Origin: an uncultured Gammaproteobacteria bacterium
Lineage (GTDB): Bacteria > Patescibacteriota > Microgenomatia > 0-14-0-10-38-17
Direction: 5' to 3'
Length of the DNA stretch: 64,000 nucleotides
Assembly (NCBI GenBank): GCA_964348895.1
Contig: CAYGEH010000001.1
Span: 453,586 to 517,585 of the forward strand
A program made the translations under genes and the position numbers. Under the pieces are notes generated by a model that worked only from the letters and a program-made list of their open reading frames with translations, was not told the origin of the DNA and did no database searches. Numbering within the stretch: position 1 is the stretch's first letter; each line of letters opens with the position of its first letter. Below, piece by piece: positions 46,249 through 56,416 of the stretch.

Positions 46249-47919
46249 ATGACGACACGTTATGTTTTTGTCTCTGGTGGTGTTATTTCTGGTCTAGGTA
46301 AAGGAATTACTGCCGCCTCTTTGGGTTTGTTACTCAAATCTTCTGGTTTTAAGGTGGGAATAATGAAGGCCGACATGTATCTTAATCAAGACGCTGGGAC
46401 CATGAATCCCCTAGAACACGGCGAAGTTTATGTTACCACTGATGGGGTTGAAACCGATCAAGATGTTGGTCATTATGAGCGGTTTTTGGGGAACGGTTTA
46501 ACCGCCAAGAATTATCTTACTGCTGGCCAAGTTTATCAGACAGTCTTAGATAAAGAAAGGCGCTTGGATTATGGGGGCAAGTGTGTTGAGGTTTACCTTG
46601 CTTTCCCTCAAGAAATTATTAGAAGAATTAAAAAAGCAGGAGAAGACAAGGACTTTTTAATTATTGAGTATGGTGGAACGGTAGGGGAATATCAAAACAT
46701 TCTTTTCTTTGAAGCCCTAAGAAGAATGAAAATTGAAGCTCCCAATAAAATTTTTCTCATTCACGTCGTCTATGTTCCGATACCAGATTTTTTAGGAGAA
46801 ATGAAGACTAAGCCAGCCCAGCAGTCAATCAGTCAATTAAACAGCCTGGGTCTTTCTCCAGATATTATTGTTTGTCGTTCTTCTAAAGCTTTGGATGAGC
46901 CTCGTAAAGAAAAGTTAGCCTTGTCAGCGGCGATTTTGTCAGAAAGAATTTTTTCTAATATTGATGTTAAAACAATTTATCAGGTTCCTCTAATGTTGGA
47001 AGAACAAGGCTTTAGTCGAGTTTTTTTCAAAACAGTGGGCGTTAAAGGAAGAGTTTCTTTAAATAAACACAGAAAATTACTGGAAAAGATTAACCTAGTG
47101 ATTAACTCTGACAGAACAATTAAAATCGGAATTGCCGGCAAATACTATAACAGTGGACATTTTTATTTAAGTGATGCCTATGTTTCAGTGATAGAATCAA
47201 TTAAGCATGCCGCCTGGGACCAGGGCTTAAACCCAGAGATTGTTTGGCTGGACAGCGAAAAATTAACAGAAAATCGATATTTATCGAAAAAAATGGCTAA
47301 AGTTGATGCACTAATAGTTCCTGGCGGATTTGGTCATCGAGGAGTAGAGGGAAAAATTGTCGCAATAAAATTCGCTCGAGAGAATGGAATTCCTTTTTTG
47401 GGATTGTGTTACGGTATGCAGTTGGCAGTAGTAGAGTTTGCCCAGAATGTTCTAGGCAAAAAAAAGGCTAACAGTGCTGAAATTGACAAAAAAGCAAGTG
47501 ATCTGGTTGTTCATTTGATGCCGGATCAGGAGAAAAAAATGCTTGAGAAAAGCTATGGTGGTACGATGAGATTGGGGGAGTGGACCTGTTGCCTTGAGAA
47601 AGGGACTCACAGCTATCGGTTATATCAAAAAAAGCATTGGGGGGTAGGCAATAAATTAAGACTAATCAAAGAGCGTCATCGCCATCGTTTTGAGTTTAAC
47701 AATGAATACCGCCAAGAATTAAAAAAAGCTGGTTTGATAATTGCTGGAACTACCACCGATGGAGCCTTAGTGGAAATTATCGAACTTTCTGAAAAAAGAC
47801 ACCCCTTTTTTGTTGGAGTTCAATTTCATCCAGAATTTTTATCTAGACCAGATAGGCCCCATCCGCTTTTTTGTGGACTGATAGAAGCGGCCCAGCAAAA
47901 ATTAATTAACAATGAATAG
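46249..47919 (+). CDS. pyrG: CTP synthase
   Basis: '[21 protein letters not shown]' N-terminus and the C-terminal GATase 'GLCYGMQ' (catalytic Cys) and '[10 protein letters not shown]'. Confidence 0.95.
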   Translation: MTTRYVFVSGGVISGLGKGITAASLGLLLKSSGFKVGIMKADMYLNQDAGTMNPLEHGEVYVTTDGVETDQDVGHYERFLGNGLTAKNYLTAGQVYQTVLDKERRLDYGGKCVEVYLAFPQEIIRRIKKAGEDKDFLIIEYGGTVGEYQNILFFEALRRMKIEAPNKIFLIHVVYVPIPDFLGEMKTKPAQQSISQLNSLGLSPDIIVCRSSKALDEPRKEKLALSAAILSERIFSNIDVKTIYQVPLMLEEQGFSRVFFKTVGVKGRVSLNKHRKLLEKINLVINSDRTIKIGIAGKYYNSGHFYLSDAYVSVIESIKHAAWDQGLNPEIVWLDSEKLTENRYLSKKMAKVDALIVPGGFGHRGVEGKIVAIKFARENGIPFLGLCYGMQLAVVEFAQNVLGKKKANSAEIDKKASDLVVHLMPDQEKKMLEKSYGGTMRLGEWTCCLEKGTHSYRLYQKKHWGVGNKLRLIKERHRHRFEFNNEYRQELKKAGLIIAGTTTDGALVEIIELSEKRHPFFVGVQFHPEFLSRPDRPHPLFCGLIEAAQQKLINNE

Positions 47920-48391
47920 GACTATTAACGAACAGCGACCATCTTGGGATGATTATTTTATGAAGTTGGCCCAACTAGTCGCCACCAGAAGCACTTGTAT
48001 TAGGGAGGGAAGAAAAATTGGAGCAGTATTGGTAAGAGATAAACACATCCTTGCGACTGGTTTTAACGGGGCTCCAGCAGGAATGGTTCATTGCGAAAAG
48101 ATTGGTTGTATTCGCAATCAACTAAAGATTCCCTCTGGTACTCGTCAAGAAATTTGTCGAGCTATTCATGCAGAGCAAAATGCCATCATTCAGTGTGCCC
48201 TACACGGAGTCTCTTCTCAAAACAGCACTCTATATGTAACCCATCAGCCCTGTACCATTTGTACCAAGATTTTAATTAATGCGGGAGTAAAGAAAATAGT
48301 TTACTATGAACCATATCCAGATAAATTTGCTCAAAGCTTAATTAATGAGGCGGGGCTTAAACTAGAACAATGGCAACCAAAAAAAAATTAA
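47912..48391 (+). CDS. comEB: dCMP deaminase (ComEB-type cytidine/deoxycytidylate deaminase)
   Basis: Zinc motifs 'HAEQNAI' and 'PCTICTKIL'; 159 aa. Confidence 0.8.
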   Translation: MNRTINEQRPSWDDYFMKLAQLVATRSTCIREGRKIGAVLVRDKHILATGFNGAPAGMVHCEKIGCIRNQLKIPSGTRQEICRAIHAEQNAIIQCALHGVSSQNSTLYVTHQPCTICTKILINAGVKKIVYYEPYPDKFAQSLINEAGLKLEQWQPKKN

Positions 48392-48951
48392 TCATCGGCC
48401 TCGTTAGTCCAATTAGTGCTGGAAAAGGAACAGTAATCGAGTTTTTGCAAAACAGAGAATTTTCCTGTTTTTCTCTTTCTGATCGAATAAGAGAAGAAAT
48501 TATTAATAGAGGAGAAGAAATAACAAGAGAAAGGTTGTTGGTGGTTGCTGATCAATTAAGACAGAGTTTCGGACCAGATGTTTTGGCAAAAAGAACCTGG
48601 GATCTCGTTTTGGGAAACGACAGCCCCAAAATTGCCATAGACTCCATTAGGGGAATTGCCGAAGTTAGTTTCTTTAAAAACAAACCTGGATTTTACCTGA
48701 TTGGTATTACCGCTCCCCAAAAACTACGTTTTATTTGGGCCAAAAAGAGGGCTCGAGAAAGGGAGCCGTTGACCTGGGAAGAATTTGTCAGAGTTGACAA
48801 GCAAGACTTTTTTAGCCAAGATGGGCAAATAGGGCGAAACATTTCTGCTTGTTTAGAAAAAAGTGATTTCTTAATTGAAAACAAAGGGACAATTGATGAA
48901 TTAGAACAAAAAGTGATCGAAGTTTTAAGAAAGATTTCACTAAATGGCTAA
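48370..48951 (+). CDS. P-loop NTPase, putative (deoxy)nucleotide kinase
   Basis: Walker-A-like '[13 protein letters not shown]'. Located between dCMP deaminase and thyX. The family is not resolved. Confidence 0.35.
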   Translation: MATKKKLIIGLVSPISAGKGTVIEFLQNREFSCFSLSDRIREEIINRGEEITRERLLVVADQLRQSFGPDVLAKRTWDLVLGNDSPKIAIDSIRGIAEVSFFKNKPGFYLIGITAPQKLRFIWAKKRAREREPLTWEEFVRVDKQDFFSQDGQIGRNISACLEKSDFLIENKGTIDELEQKVIEVLRKISLNG

Positions 48952-49678
48952 AGAAGCAAGACTTAAGGTTAAACTAATTTCTTTTACCAAAGAAGCCGAG
49001 GAGACGGTTAGTGCAGCGATTCGTCAATGTTATTCTTCAATTGGAGCAAATCAATTATTAAAGAAAGCAGATCAGGCCACCAAAAAAAAGCTAATTAACC
49101 TGGTTATGTTTTCAGGCCACACTTCAACAATAGAGCACGCTTCTTTCACTTTTGCAATTGAGGGTATTTCTCGGACCTGCTCTCATCAGCTAGTCAGACA
49201 TCGAATTGCTTCATTTTCTCAACAATCGCAGCGCTATGTTGATCTCTCAAAAAAGGAAATAGCCTATATTATTCCTCCTGAAATATCTCATAGTAAGAGA
49301 AATAGCTTAAAATTTAGAAAAATGATGTTTGAGGTAGAAAAGAGCTATCGGGATTTAGTTAGCAATGGGACTGCACCAGAAGACGCTCGTTTTATTTTAC
49401 CTAATGCTTGTGAAACAAAAATTGTGGTAACGATGAACGCTCGATCGTTAGTTAACTTTTTTCGGCTTAGAACCTGTATGCGGGCTCAATGGGAAATTAG
49501 AGCTTTGGCCAACCAAATGATGGTTTTGGTTAAATCGGAGGCGCCACTGCTGTTTGCCAACATCGGTCCAAGCTGTCAAACAGAAAAAATTTGTTGGGAG
49601 GGGAAGCTTTCCTGTGGTTTGTGGAAAAAAATCTCCCAAGCTCAACTAAAAACAAGAGAGGGGAATGATTCTTTTTAA
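48944..49678 (+). CDS. thyX: Flavin-dependent thymidylate synthase ThyX
   Basis: The ThyX signature 'RHRIASFSQQSQRY' (RHRxxSxxxxSxR). Confidence 0.85.
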   Translation: MAKEARLKVKLISFTKEAEETVSAAIRQCYSSIGANQLLKKADQATKKKLINLVMFSGHTSTIEHASFTFAIEGISRTCSHQLVRHRIASFSQQSQRYVDLSKKEIAYIIPPEISHSKRNSLKFRKMMFEVEKSYRDLVSNGTAPEDARFILPNACETKIVVTMNARSLVNFFRLRTCMRAQWEIRALANQMMVLVKSEAPLLFANIGPSCQTEKICWEGKLSCGLWKKISQAQLKTREGNDSF

Positions 49679-49701
49679 AATTAATAGTTTTTGTGTAAAA
49701 A

Positions 49702-50331
49702 ATGAAAAAAAATAAGTTTTTAGGTAAACTTTTGGTAATCGAAGGACTAGATGGGAGCGGAAAGTCAACCCAAATTCGTCTTTTAGGAGAAGAGCTTGCA
49801 AAGAGAAAAGTTAGGCACTATCTAACCAGAGAACACACCCGAGAGGGAATGATTGGGAAAGTGATCGAGAGGGTGGTTAGCGGCCAAGAAAAGTTGGACC
49901 CAATCGCTTTGCAACTTCTTTTTGTCGTCGACAGACTAGATCATTTAAGAAGAGAAATTGAGCCGGAGTTAAAAAAAGGAAAACTAGTTGTTTGTGATCG
50001 CTATTATTGGACTACTGTTGCCTACGGTTCTTTGGTGGCTGAAAAGAATTGGTTTATTAAAGTTAACCGATACTGTCTTGAGCCCGACCTAATAATTTAT
50101 CTTGACATTAATCCCAAGGAGGCTGTTCTTAGGTTGAAGACAAGAGGAGAGAAAATGACAATTTTTGAAAAGCTGTCCCATTTAAAATATTTTAAAAAAA
50201 TTTATGATTGGCTTTTGGAGAAATTTCCTGAAAAAAGCGTTAGGGTTGATGGAAAAAGATCGCCAAAGAAAATCACAAGAGATATAATAAAGATATTAGA
50301 GGAAAGGGGCTTGTTTATTTATGAACGATAA
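49702..50331 (+). CDS. tmk: Thymidylate kinase
   Basis: P-loop 'LLVIEGLDGSGKSTQ' and the 'DRYYWTTVAY' region. Confidence 0.85.
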   Translation: MKKNKFLGKLLVIEGLDGSGKSTQIRLLGEELAKRKVRHYLTREHTREGMIGKVIERVVSGQEKLDPIALQLLFVVDRLDHLRREIEPELKKGKLVVCDRYYWTTVAYGSLVAEKNWFIKVNRYCLEPDLIIYLDINPKEAVLRLKTRGEKMTIFEKLSHLKYFKKIYDWLLEKFPEKSVRVDGKRSPKKITRDIIKILEERGLFIYER

Positions 50332-51550
50332 AATAATTTTTTCCTTAATAGAAAAAGAGGCCAAACGGCAGAAAGAAACCTTAATGATGATTCCGTCGGA
50401 AAACTATGCCTCAAGGGAGGTTTTATTGGCTTTAGGTTCGATTTTGCAAAATAAGTATGCCGAAGGATATCCTGGTCGGCGCTATTATCAGGGTCAAGAA
50501 TTTATTGATAAGATTGAAAGGCTGGCGATTGAGCGAGCCAAGAAATTGTTTAAGGTTCCCCATGCCAATGTTCAACCCTATTCTGGTTCTCCAGCAAACG
50601 CGGCGGTTTACTTTGCTCTGTTAAACAGAGGCGACAAAATTATGGGATTGGGGCTTAGTTCTGGAGGACATCTAACTCACGGTCACCCTAAAATTACTTT
50701 TTCTGGTAAGTACTTTGAAAGTTGTCATTATCAGGTTGACCAAAATGGCCTAATTAACTATGATCAGGTTGAAGAGTTGGCGGTTAAAATAAAACCAAAA
50801 ATTATCGTGGCTGGAACAACTTCTTATTCACGCCTTTTAGATTTTGCTCGTTTTAGTAGAATTGCCGATAAGGTTGGAGCTTATCTTTTGGCAGACATTG
50901 CCCACATTGTTGGCTTAGTGATAGCGGGGGTTCATCCTTCTCCAGTTTTTGACGCTGACATTATTACCACCACCACCCATAAATCTCTTCGAGGACCAAG
51001 GGGGGCGATAATTATGGTTACCAATAAAGGGTTGGCCAAAGACAGAGATTTGTCTGTCAAAATTGATCGGGCCGTTTTTCCTGGTCTTCAAGGTGGACCT
51101 CATGAAAATAATATTGCTGCGATTGCGGTTGCCTTGAGTGAAGCTAACAAAGAAGCTTTTAGGCGATATGGTCGTCAAGTTGTCGCCAATGCTTATTGTT
51201 TAGCTCAAGGCTTAATTAAGCAGGGATTTAATTTAGTTTCCGGTGGAACAGATAACCACTTAATGGTGATTAACCTAAGAAACAAGCAAATTAGCGGAAA
51301 AGAGGCGGCAAGACTTTTAGAAAACGCTGGCATTACTGTTAATGCTAACAGTATTCCTTTTGATCCTAATCCGCCACTAACTCCATCTGGGATCAGACTG
51401 GGAACACCAGCCCTAACCAGTCGGGGGATGGGCAAAAAAGAAATGGAACAAATTGCTCAATGGATTAAAATAGTAATTACTGAACCAAACAGGGCTCTTG
51501 AAATAAAGCAGGCAACTAAAAAACTAGCCAAAAGCTTCCCCCTGCCGTGA
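50321..51550 (+). CDS. glyA: Serine hydroxymethyltransferase
   Basis: The PLP-lysine motif 'TTTTHKSLRGPRGAII' and the overall SHMT pattern; 409 aa. Confidence 0.95.
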   Translation: MNDKIIFSLIEKEAKRQKETLMMIPSENYASREVLLALGSILQNKYAEGYPGRRYYQGQEFIDKIERLAIERAKKLFKVPHANVQPYSGSPANAAVYFALLNRGDKIMGLGLSSGGHLTHGHPKITFSGKYFESCHYQVDQNGLINYDQVEELAVKIKPKIIVAGTTSYSRLLDFARFSRIADKVGAYLLADIAHIVGLVIAGVHPSPVFDADIITTTTHKSLRGPRGAIIMVTNKGLAKDRDLSVKIDRAVFPGLQGGPHENNIAAIAVALSEANKEAFRRYGRQVVANAYCLAQGLIKQGFNLVSGGTDNHLMVINLRNKQISGKEAARLLENAGITVNANSIPFDPNPPLTPSGIRLGTPALTSRGMGKKEMEQIAQWIKIVITEPNRALEIKQATKKLAKSFPLP

Positions 51551-51595
51551 AACAAAAAACCGCTATAAGACCCTATTAATTATTTTCATATTAAG

Positions 51596-52447
51596 ATGGT
51601 TAAAATTTTTACTGGAAATGCATTTGCCAAAACAAAAGAGCAACAATTGATCAAAGATTTTGCTCAACTACCAATCGAGTGGCAACGATTAAAACTAGTT
51701 GACATTCTAGAGGGAAATGATCAAGCTGCTCGGCTCTATGTTAATCTAAAAAAACAAGCGGCCCAAAGAGTTGGAATTAACTTTGAAACAATTGAAATTG
51801 AGCGGAATTATTCTAAAAAAAACATAATTTCTTTAATTAAAAAGCTTAATCAAGATCGGAAGATAGGGGGAATAATGATTCAACTACCCTTGTCAGAGAC
51901 TTTCAGGAAAGAGCAAGCAGAAATAGTTGAGGCAATTACAGCAGAGAAAGATGTTGATTGTTTGGTTAGCAAAAATTTAAACAAAATTATTACTGACGCT
52001 TCACCGCTTTTGCCAGCTACAGTAAGAGCGATAATTTGGATACTAGAACAGGCAGGATTAAGACAAGTTGATCTTATCAATAAAAGAGTTGTTATCGTTG
52101 GCCGATCTAGAATTGTTGGAAAACCACTGGCTGATTTTTTAAACAAGACAGGAGCCTTAGTAACGATTTGTCATCGGCAAACTCAACGACTATCGGATCA
52201 AACCAAGAAGGCTCAAATTTTAATTTCAGCGACTGGTCAGCCGAACTTAATTAAAAAAAACATGGTTTCCTTGGGGGCAGTTGTGATTGATGTTGGTTCT
52301 CCTAGGGGAGATGTTGATTTTGATCAAGTTAAAAGCAGGGCTAGTTTTATTACTCCAGTTCCTGGTGGGGTTGGTCCAATAACCGTCATTAGCCTGTTAG
52401 AAAACTTTAAACAAATTTTGTTGCAAAAAAGAAAGAATGAAAGTTGA
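51596..52447 (+). CDS. folD: Bifunctional methylene-THF dehydrogenase/methenyl-THF cyclohydrolase
   Basis: 'VVIVGRSRIVGKPLADFL' (NADP Rossmann) and the C-terminal 'TPVPGGVGPITV'. Confidence 0.85.
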   Translation: MVKIFTGNAFAKTKEQQLIKDFAQLPIEWQRLKLVDILEGNDQAARLYVNLKKQAAQRVGINFETIEIERNYSKKNIISLIKKLNQDRKIGGIMIQLPLSETFRKEQAEIVEAITAEKDVDCLVSKNLNKIITDASPLLPATVRAIIWILEQAGLRQVDLINKRVVIVGRSRIVGKPLADFLNKTGALVTICHRQTQRLSDQTKKAQILISATGQPNLIKKNMVSLGAVVIDVGSPRGDVDFDQVKSRASFITPVPGGVGPITVISLLENFKQILLQKRKNES

Positions 52448-52610
52448 CTCTGCTTTTTATTGGAATAAAAAAGATTTGTGTTTTAAACCGTTTCGGGTTA
52501 AAATAGTCATTTGAAGGTTTATATTAGAAATAAAAATCACACACATTCGAATTATCTCCTGGCTTTTATAAAAATAAAAGCGGGTCGAATGGAGGCTAAA
52601 AGGAGATTCT

Positions 52611-53375
52611 ATGGTTAAATCGGCGACTAAAAAAACTACAACCAAATCCGCTATTAAAAAAACTACTTTTAGGGACAAACCTAAAAAAGTAATTAACAGT
52701 CTTGATATTTCTTTAGAGGAACTACTTGGGGCTGGCTGTCATTTTGGTCATCTGGTTTCTAAGGTTAACCCCAAGATGCAGGAATACATTTTTGCCGTTA
52801 GAGAGGGGGTTCATATTTTTGACTTAGTAAAGACAAAAAATCAGCTGGAGGAAGCGATTAACTTTTTAGCGGAAATAGTTGCCAGTGGCGGAAAAATTAT
52901 CTTTTTAGGCACTAAAAGACAGGCGGCTGAAGCAGTGAAAGAGGCGGCGATAAAAATGGGAATGTTTTATGTTAACACTCGTTGGATTGGTGGTTTATTG
53001 ACTAATTGGCCAGAGGTAAAGAAAAACTTAACTCGACTAGAGGAATTAAAACAAAGATTGGCGGAAAAGGAAACCTCGCTAACAAAATATGAGATTAGTG
53101 TTTTAAAAAGAGAACAGCGAAGACTGGAAGATCTTTACGGAGGCCTAATTGGCCTTGAAGAATTGCCACAAAACTTGTTCATTGTTGATCCCAAAAAGGA
53201 GCGAACAGCGGTCAGGGAAGCTAAAATAATGGGAATTAAAGTGGCTGGTATTGCCGATACCAATGCTGATCCCGATGATATCGACTATATTATTCCAGCC
53301 AACGATGACGCTAAGGCTAGTGTTGAGTTTATTTTTAGCAAAATAACCGCAGGAGTTAAAAAAGCTCAAAAATGA
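52611..53375 (+). CDS. rpsB: 30S ribosomal protein S2
   Basis: 'LLGAGCHFGHLVSKVNPKMQEYIFAVREGVHIFDL' is diagnostic of S2. Confidence 0.9.
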   Translation: MVKSATKKTTTKSAIKKTTFRDKPKKVINSLDISLEELLGAGCHFGHLVSKVNPKMQEYIFAVREGVHIFDLVKTKNQLEEAINFLAEIVASGGKIIFLGTKRQAAEAVKEAAIKMGMFYVNTRWIGGLLTNWPEVKKNLTRLEELKQRLAEKETSLTKYEISVLKREQRRLEDLYGGLIGLEELPQNLFIVDPKKERTAVREAKIMGIKVAGIADTNADPDDIDYIIPANDDAKASVEFIFSKITAGVKKAQK

Positions 53376-53836
53376 TCAAAAAAAGCAATCCTTCTTTAGA
53401 AATTGTTAAAAAGATCAGAGAACAAACTGGGGCTGGGATTATGGACTGTCAATGGGCTCTCAGGGAAGCAAAGGGAAACTACGAAAAGGCAATCGAAAAA
53501 CTTGGGGTTCGTCACCAGAAAGCAGCCGTCAAAAAAGTCAGCAGAACAACAAGTGAGGGAAGAGTATTTGCTTATATTCACAACAATGGTCGAGTGGGAG
53601 CGATGGTTTTCTTGCTCTGCGAAACAGACTTTGTCGCTCGCACCGATGGGTTTCAGAGCTTAGGGAAGGAGCTGGCAATGCAAATAGCGGCGATGAGTCC
53701 GACTTCTTCAATTGAACTTTTGAAACAAGAATATATTCGCGATCCCAAAATTACAGTGAAAGAATTAATTAATAAAGTTATTGCTCAAACTGGAGAAAAC
53801 ATTCGCATTGGGGAAATTAGTCGCCTGGGGCTTTAA
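53372..53836 (+). CDS. tsf: Elongation factor Ts, short form (154 aa)
   Basis: N-terminal UBA-like 'IVKKIREQTGAGIMDCQWALREAKGNYEKAIEKL', then 'GRVGAMVFLLCETDFVAR'. Lacks the long duplicated core of EF-Ts from model organisms. Confidence 0.8.
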   Translation: MIKKSNPSLEIVKKIREQTGAGIMDCQWALREAKGNYEKAIEKLGVRHQKAAVKKVSRTTSEGRVFAYIHNNGRVGAMVFLLCETDFVARTDGFQSLGKELAMQIAAMSPTSSIELLKQEYIRDPKITVKELINKVIAQTGENIRIGEISRLGL

Positions 53837-53877
53837 TTTAACTTTTTTTTATTGTATAGTCTTAGGATAAGAAACTA

Positions 53878-54429
53878 ATGTTTGAGGAAGCTAGGGATAA
53901 AATGGAGAAGGTCCTTGACTTGCTCAAGGAGGACCTTGCCTCAATTAGAACTTCAAGAGCCAATCCGGCTTTGATTGAAAACATTGGCGTCTTGGCTTAT
54001 GAAGGGGCAGGGAAAATGAGAATAAAAGAACTGGCCTCGATTACTATTGAGGGTGCTAGTGTTTTGCTGATTCAGCCTTGGGATTTTGGTGTTACCAAAA
54101 ATATAATTCGAGCCCTAGAGGAATCAGAAATTGGGTTGTCAGTAACTGTTAGTAAAGAAACAGTTAGAGCTACTCTGCCACCTCTTTCAGCTCAAAGAAG
54201 AGAGGAATATGTTCGGCTTTTAAAAAAGAAACTGGAGGCGGCCCGAGTAATGATTAGACAAATTAGAGCGGAAGAAAGAAGCCAGATTTTAGAACAAAAA
54301 GAAGAGGGTAAAATTAGTCAAGACGAGTCTTTTCGTTTGGAAGAAAAGCTTCAGGAATTAACTGACAGCAAGATTAGCCAGGTAGAGCAGTTGGGCGATA
54401 AAAAAATCGCGGAGCTAGAATCGCTTTAA
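53878..54429 (+). CDS. frr: Ribosome recycling factor
   Basis: 183 aa with an 'ASIRTSRANPALIENIGV' start typical of RRF. Confidence 0.9.
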   Translation: MFEEARDKMEKVLDLLKEDLASIRTSRANPALIENIGVLAYEGAGKMRIKELASITIEGASVLLIQPWDFGVTKNIIRALEESEIGLSVTVSKETVRATLPPLSAQRREEYVRLLKKKLEAARVMIRQIRAEERSQILEQKEEGKISQDESFRLEEKLQELTDSKISQVEQLGDKKIAELESL

Positions 54430-54534
54430 AGAAAAAAAGGATGATCTTTTTCTTAAAGCTAAAAGCCTCTTTATCGGATTTTTTTTAAAATTTCTCTTGC
54501 TCTTCTCTATAGGAAAAACAAGCTTTAAAAAGCG

Positions 54535-55656
54535 ATGACGATATTATATTTTTTTCTTATACTATCTTTGTTGATTTTGGTTCATGAGGGGGGACATTTT
54601 CTGTTAGCCAAAAAAGCAGGAATTCGAGTGGAGGAGTTTGGTTTTGGTATTCCGCCAAGAATTTGGGGAAAAAAAATCGGTGAAACAGTCTACTCAATCA
54701 ATCTTTTTCCCTTTGGAGGCTTTGTTCGCCTTTGGGGAGAAGAGTCTGGCGTTAAAAAAGACTCGCAACGCTCCTTTTCAGCGAAAAATAAAAGAACTAG
54801 GGTTGGAATTCTGTTAGCAGGGGCGATTATGAATTTTCTTCTGGGAGTGGGTTTGTTTTGCTTAGTTTATTCTTTTTTAGGAATACCGGAAAAAACAGAC
54901 AGAGTTAGGGTGGTGGGAGTTATGCCAAATTCGCCAGCCGAGAAAGCAGGATTGATCGAAAACGATCAAATTGCCTTAGTTAACGATAGTGTTATTGTTG
55001 ACACCCAGAACTTCACTCGCTTAATTAACGAAAACCTAGGAAGAGAAGTCATTTTGACAATTAAGCGGGAACCCAATCCCTGCCTCGATCAAGAAGGTGT
55101 TATTAGAAAGAATGAAGAAGTTTCTCAATATTGTCAGGACGGTCACTTAATATCAAGATTGACACCAAGAGAAACTCCTCCCGAGGGAGAGGGGGCAGCT
55201 GGAGTAGTTATTTCTCAAACAGAAAATCGCTTTTATCCGTTTTACAAAATGATACCTAAAGCGATTTATAATGGAGTTCGAGAAGCTCTTTTTTGGGTTG
55301 AACAAATGGTAATAGCTCTTGGTCAAATATTAACGGGAATTATTTCCGGACAAGGAGTTCCCAAAGAAATTGCTGGGCCGATTGGTATTTATCAGGCAAC
55401 GGGTGAAGTTTCTCGTTCTGGGTTTTGGGCTTTGGCGTATTTTACTGGAATTTTATCGATTAATTTAGCAATTTTTAACTTAATTCCCTTTCCAGCTCTT
55501 GATGGTGGGCGAGTTTTTTTTGTTTTGTCGGAAAGCTTGATCGGAATAAAAAAAAGAGAGAGAATCGAGGGATGGGTTAATCAAATAGGTTTAATTTTAT
55601 TAATTGGTTTGTTAATTTTTGTGACAATAAACGACCTAAAGAGATCTTTTGGTTAA
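54535..55656 (+). CDS. rseP: RIP zinc metalloprotease RseP (M50 family, with PDZ domain)
   Basis: 'LVHEGGHFLLAKKAG' (HExxH) in TM1, a central PDZ region ('GVMPNSPAEKAGLIENDQI') and a C-terminal 'LIPFPALDGG' motif. Confidence 0.85.
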   Translation: MTILYFFLILSLLILVHEGGHFLLAKKAGIRVEEFGFGIPPRIWGKKIGETVYSINLFPFGGFVRLWGEESGVKKDSQRSFSAKNKRTRVGILLAGAIMNFLLGVGLFCLVYSFLGIPEKTDRVRVVGVMPNSPAEKAGLIENDQIALVNDSVIVDTQNFTRLINENLGREVILTIKREPNPCLDQEGVIRKNEEVSQYCQDGHLISRLTPRETPPEGEGAAGVVISQTENRFYPFYKMIPKAIYNGVREALFWVEQMVIALGQILTGIISGQGVPKEIAGPIGIYQATGEVSRSGFWALAYFTGILSINLAIFNLIPFPALDGGRVFFVLSESLIGIKKRERIEGWVNQIGLILLIGLLIFVTINDLKRSFG

Positions 55657-55657
55657 T

Positions 55658-55686
55658 TTGTCAAGGGTTTTATCTTAAAGTATAAT
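55658..55686 (+). promoter_or_regulatory. Consensus-like sigma-70 promoter (TTGTCA-17 nt-TATAAT) for rpsU-yqeY
   Basis: TTGTCA at 55658-55663, a 17-nt spacer and TATAAT at 55681-55686, followed by the RBS AAGGAGG at about 55728. Confidence 0.5.
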
Positions 55687-55758
55687 CACCAGTAGTGAAA
55701 TTAAGGTTTATTTTTTTAAAATAATTTAAGGAGGTGTTCATTTTAGTATAGTAAAAAT

Positions 55759-55938
55759 ATGGCGGTAATAGTTAAAAAAAAACCAGGAGAATCCAGTGAT
55801 CAGCTTATTTCTTCTTTTCGAAGGAAAACAGCCGATATTATAATTAATGTAAAAAAACGAGCGCGCTATACCAAGCCGTCTCAACAGCGACGAGAAGAAA
55901 AGAAACAAAAAGAAAGGGAGGCCAAAGCAAGAAGATGA
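55759..55938 (+). CDS. rpsU: 30S ribosomal protein S21 (59 aa, below the ORF-track cutoff)
   Basis: Hand translation: MAVIVKKKPGESSDQLISSFRRKTADIIINVKKRARYTKPSQQRREEKKQKEREAKARR. The 'SFRRK...R.RY.KPS..RR' pattern matches S21. Its stop overlaps the yqeY ATG. Confidence 0.7.
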   Translation: MAVIVKKKPGESSDQLISSFRRKTADIIINVKKRARYTKPSQQRREEKKQKEREAKARR

Positions 55939-56387
55939 TAAGTCAAAAAAAACTGGAGCAGTGGCTAAGAGAAGCCATGATTGGTCGAGATAAAATTAGA
56001 GTTTCAGTTTTGAGATTAGTTTTATCGGTGGCTCATAACCAAGCAATCGAAAAAAAAAGAGAGTTAACCGAAGAAGAATTGGTTTTGGTGGTTAAGAAAG
56101 AAATTAAGAACCGCAAAGAGGCGATTGATATTTATCGCAAAGCTGAAAGAAAAGATTTGCTGGAGAAAGAAGAGACAGAGTTGGCGATCTTGTCTGAATT
56201 TATTCCTCAAACAATGCCAGAAGAAGAGATTGCCTTGATTGTTAGTAGGGTTATTAAAGACGGAAAGCTTTTAGATCAAGCCCACTTTGGGAAAATAATG
56301 AGCCAGGTAATGGCCAAAATTGGTAAAGAAAGGGCCGACGGATCTCTTGTAGCAAAAGTCATTAAAGAACAGCTTTCGAAAAACTAA
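55935..56387 (+). CDS. yqeY: GatB/YqeY-domain protein
   Basis: About 150 aa, an all-helical YqeY-like sequence, in the conserved rpsU-yqeY arrangement. Confidence 0.65.
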   Translation: MISQKKLEQWLREAMIGRDKIRVSVLRLVLSVAHNQAIEKKRELTEEELVLVVKKEIKNRKEAIDIYRKAERKDLLEKEETELAILSEFIPQTMPEEEIALIVSRVIKDGKLLDQAHFGKIMSQVMAKIGKERADGSLVAKVIKEQLSKN

Positions 56388-56416
56388 TTAGTTCTTATAA
56401 AAGCAAACATAGCAAA

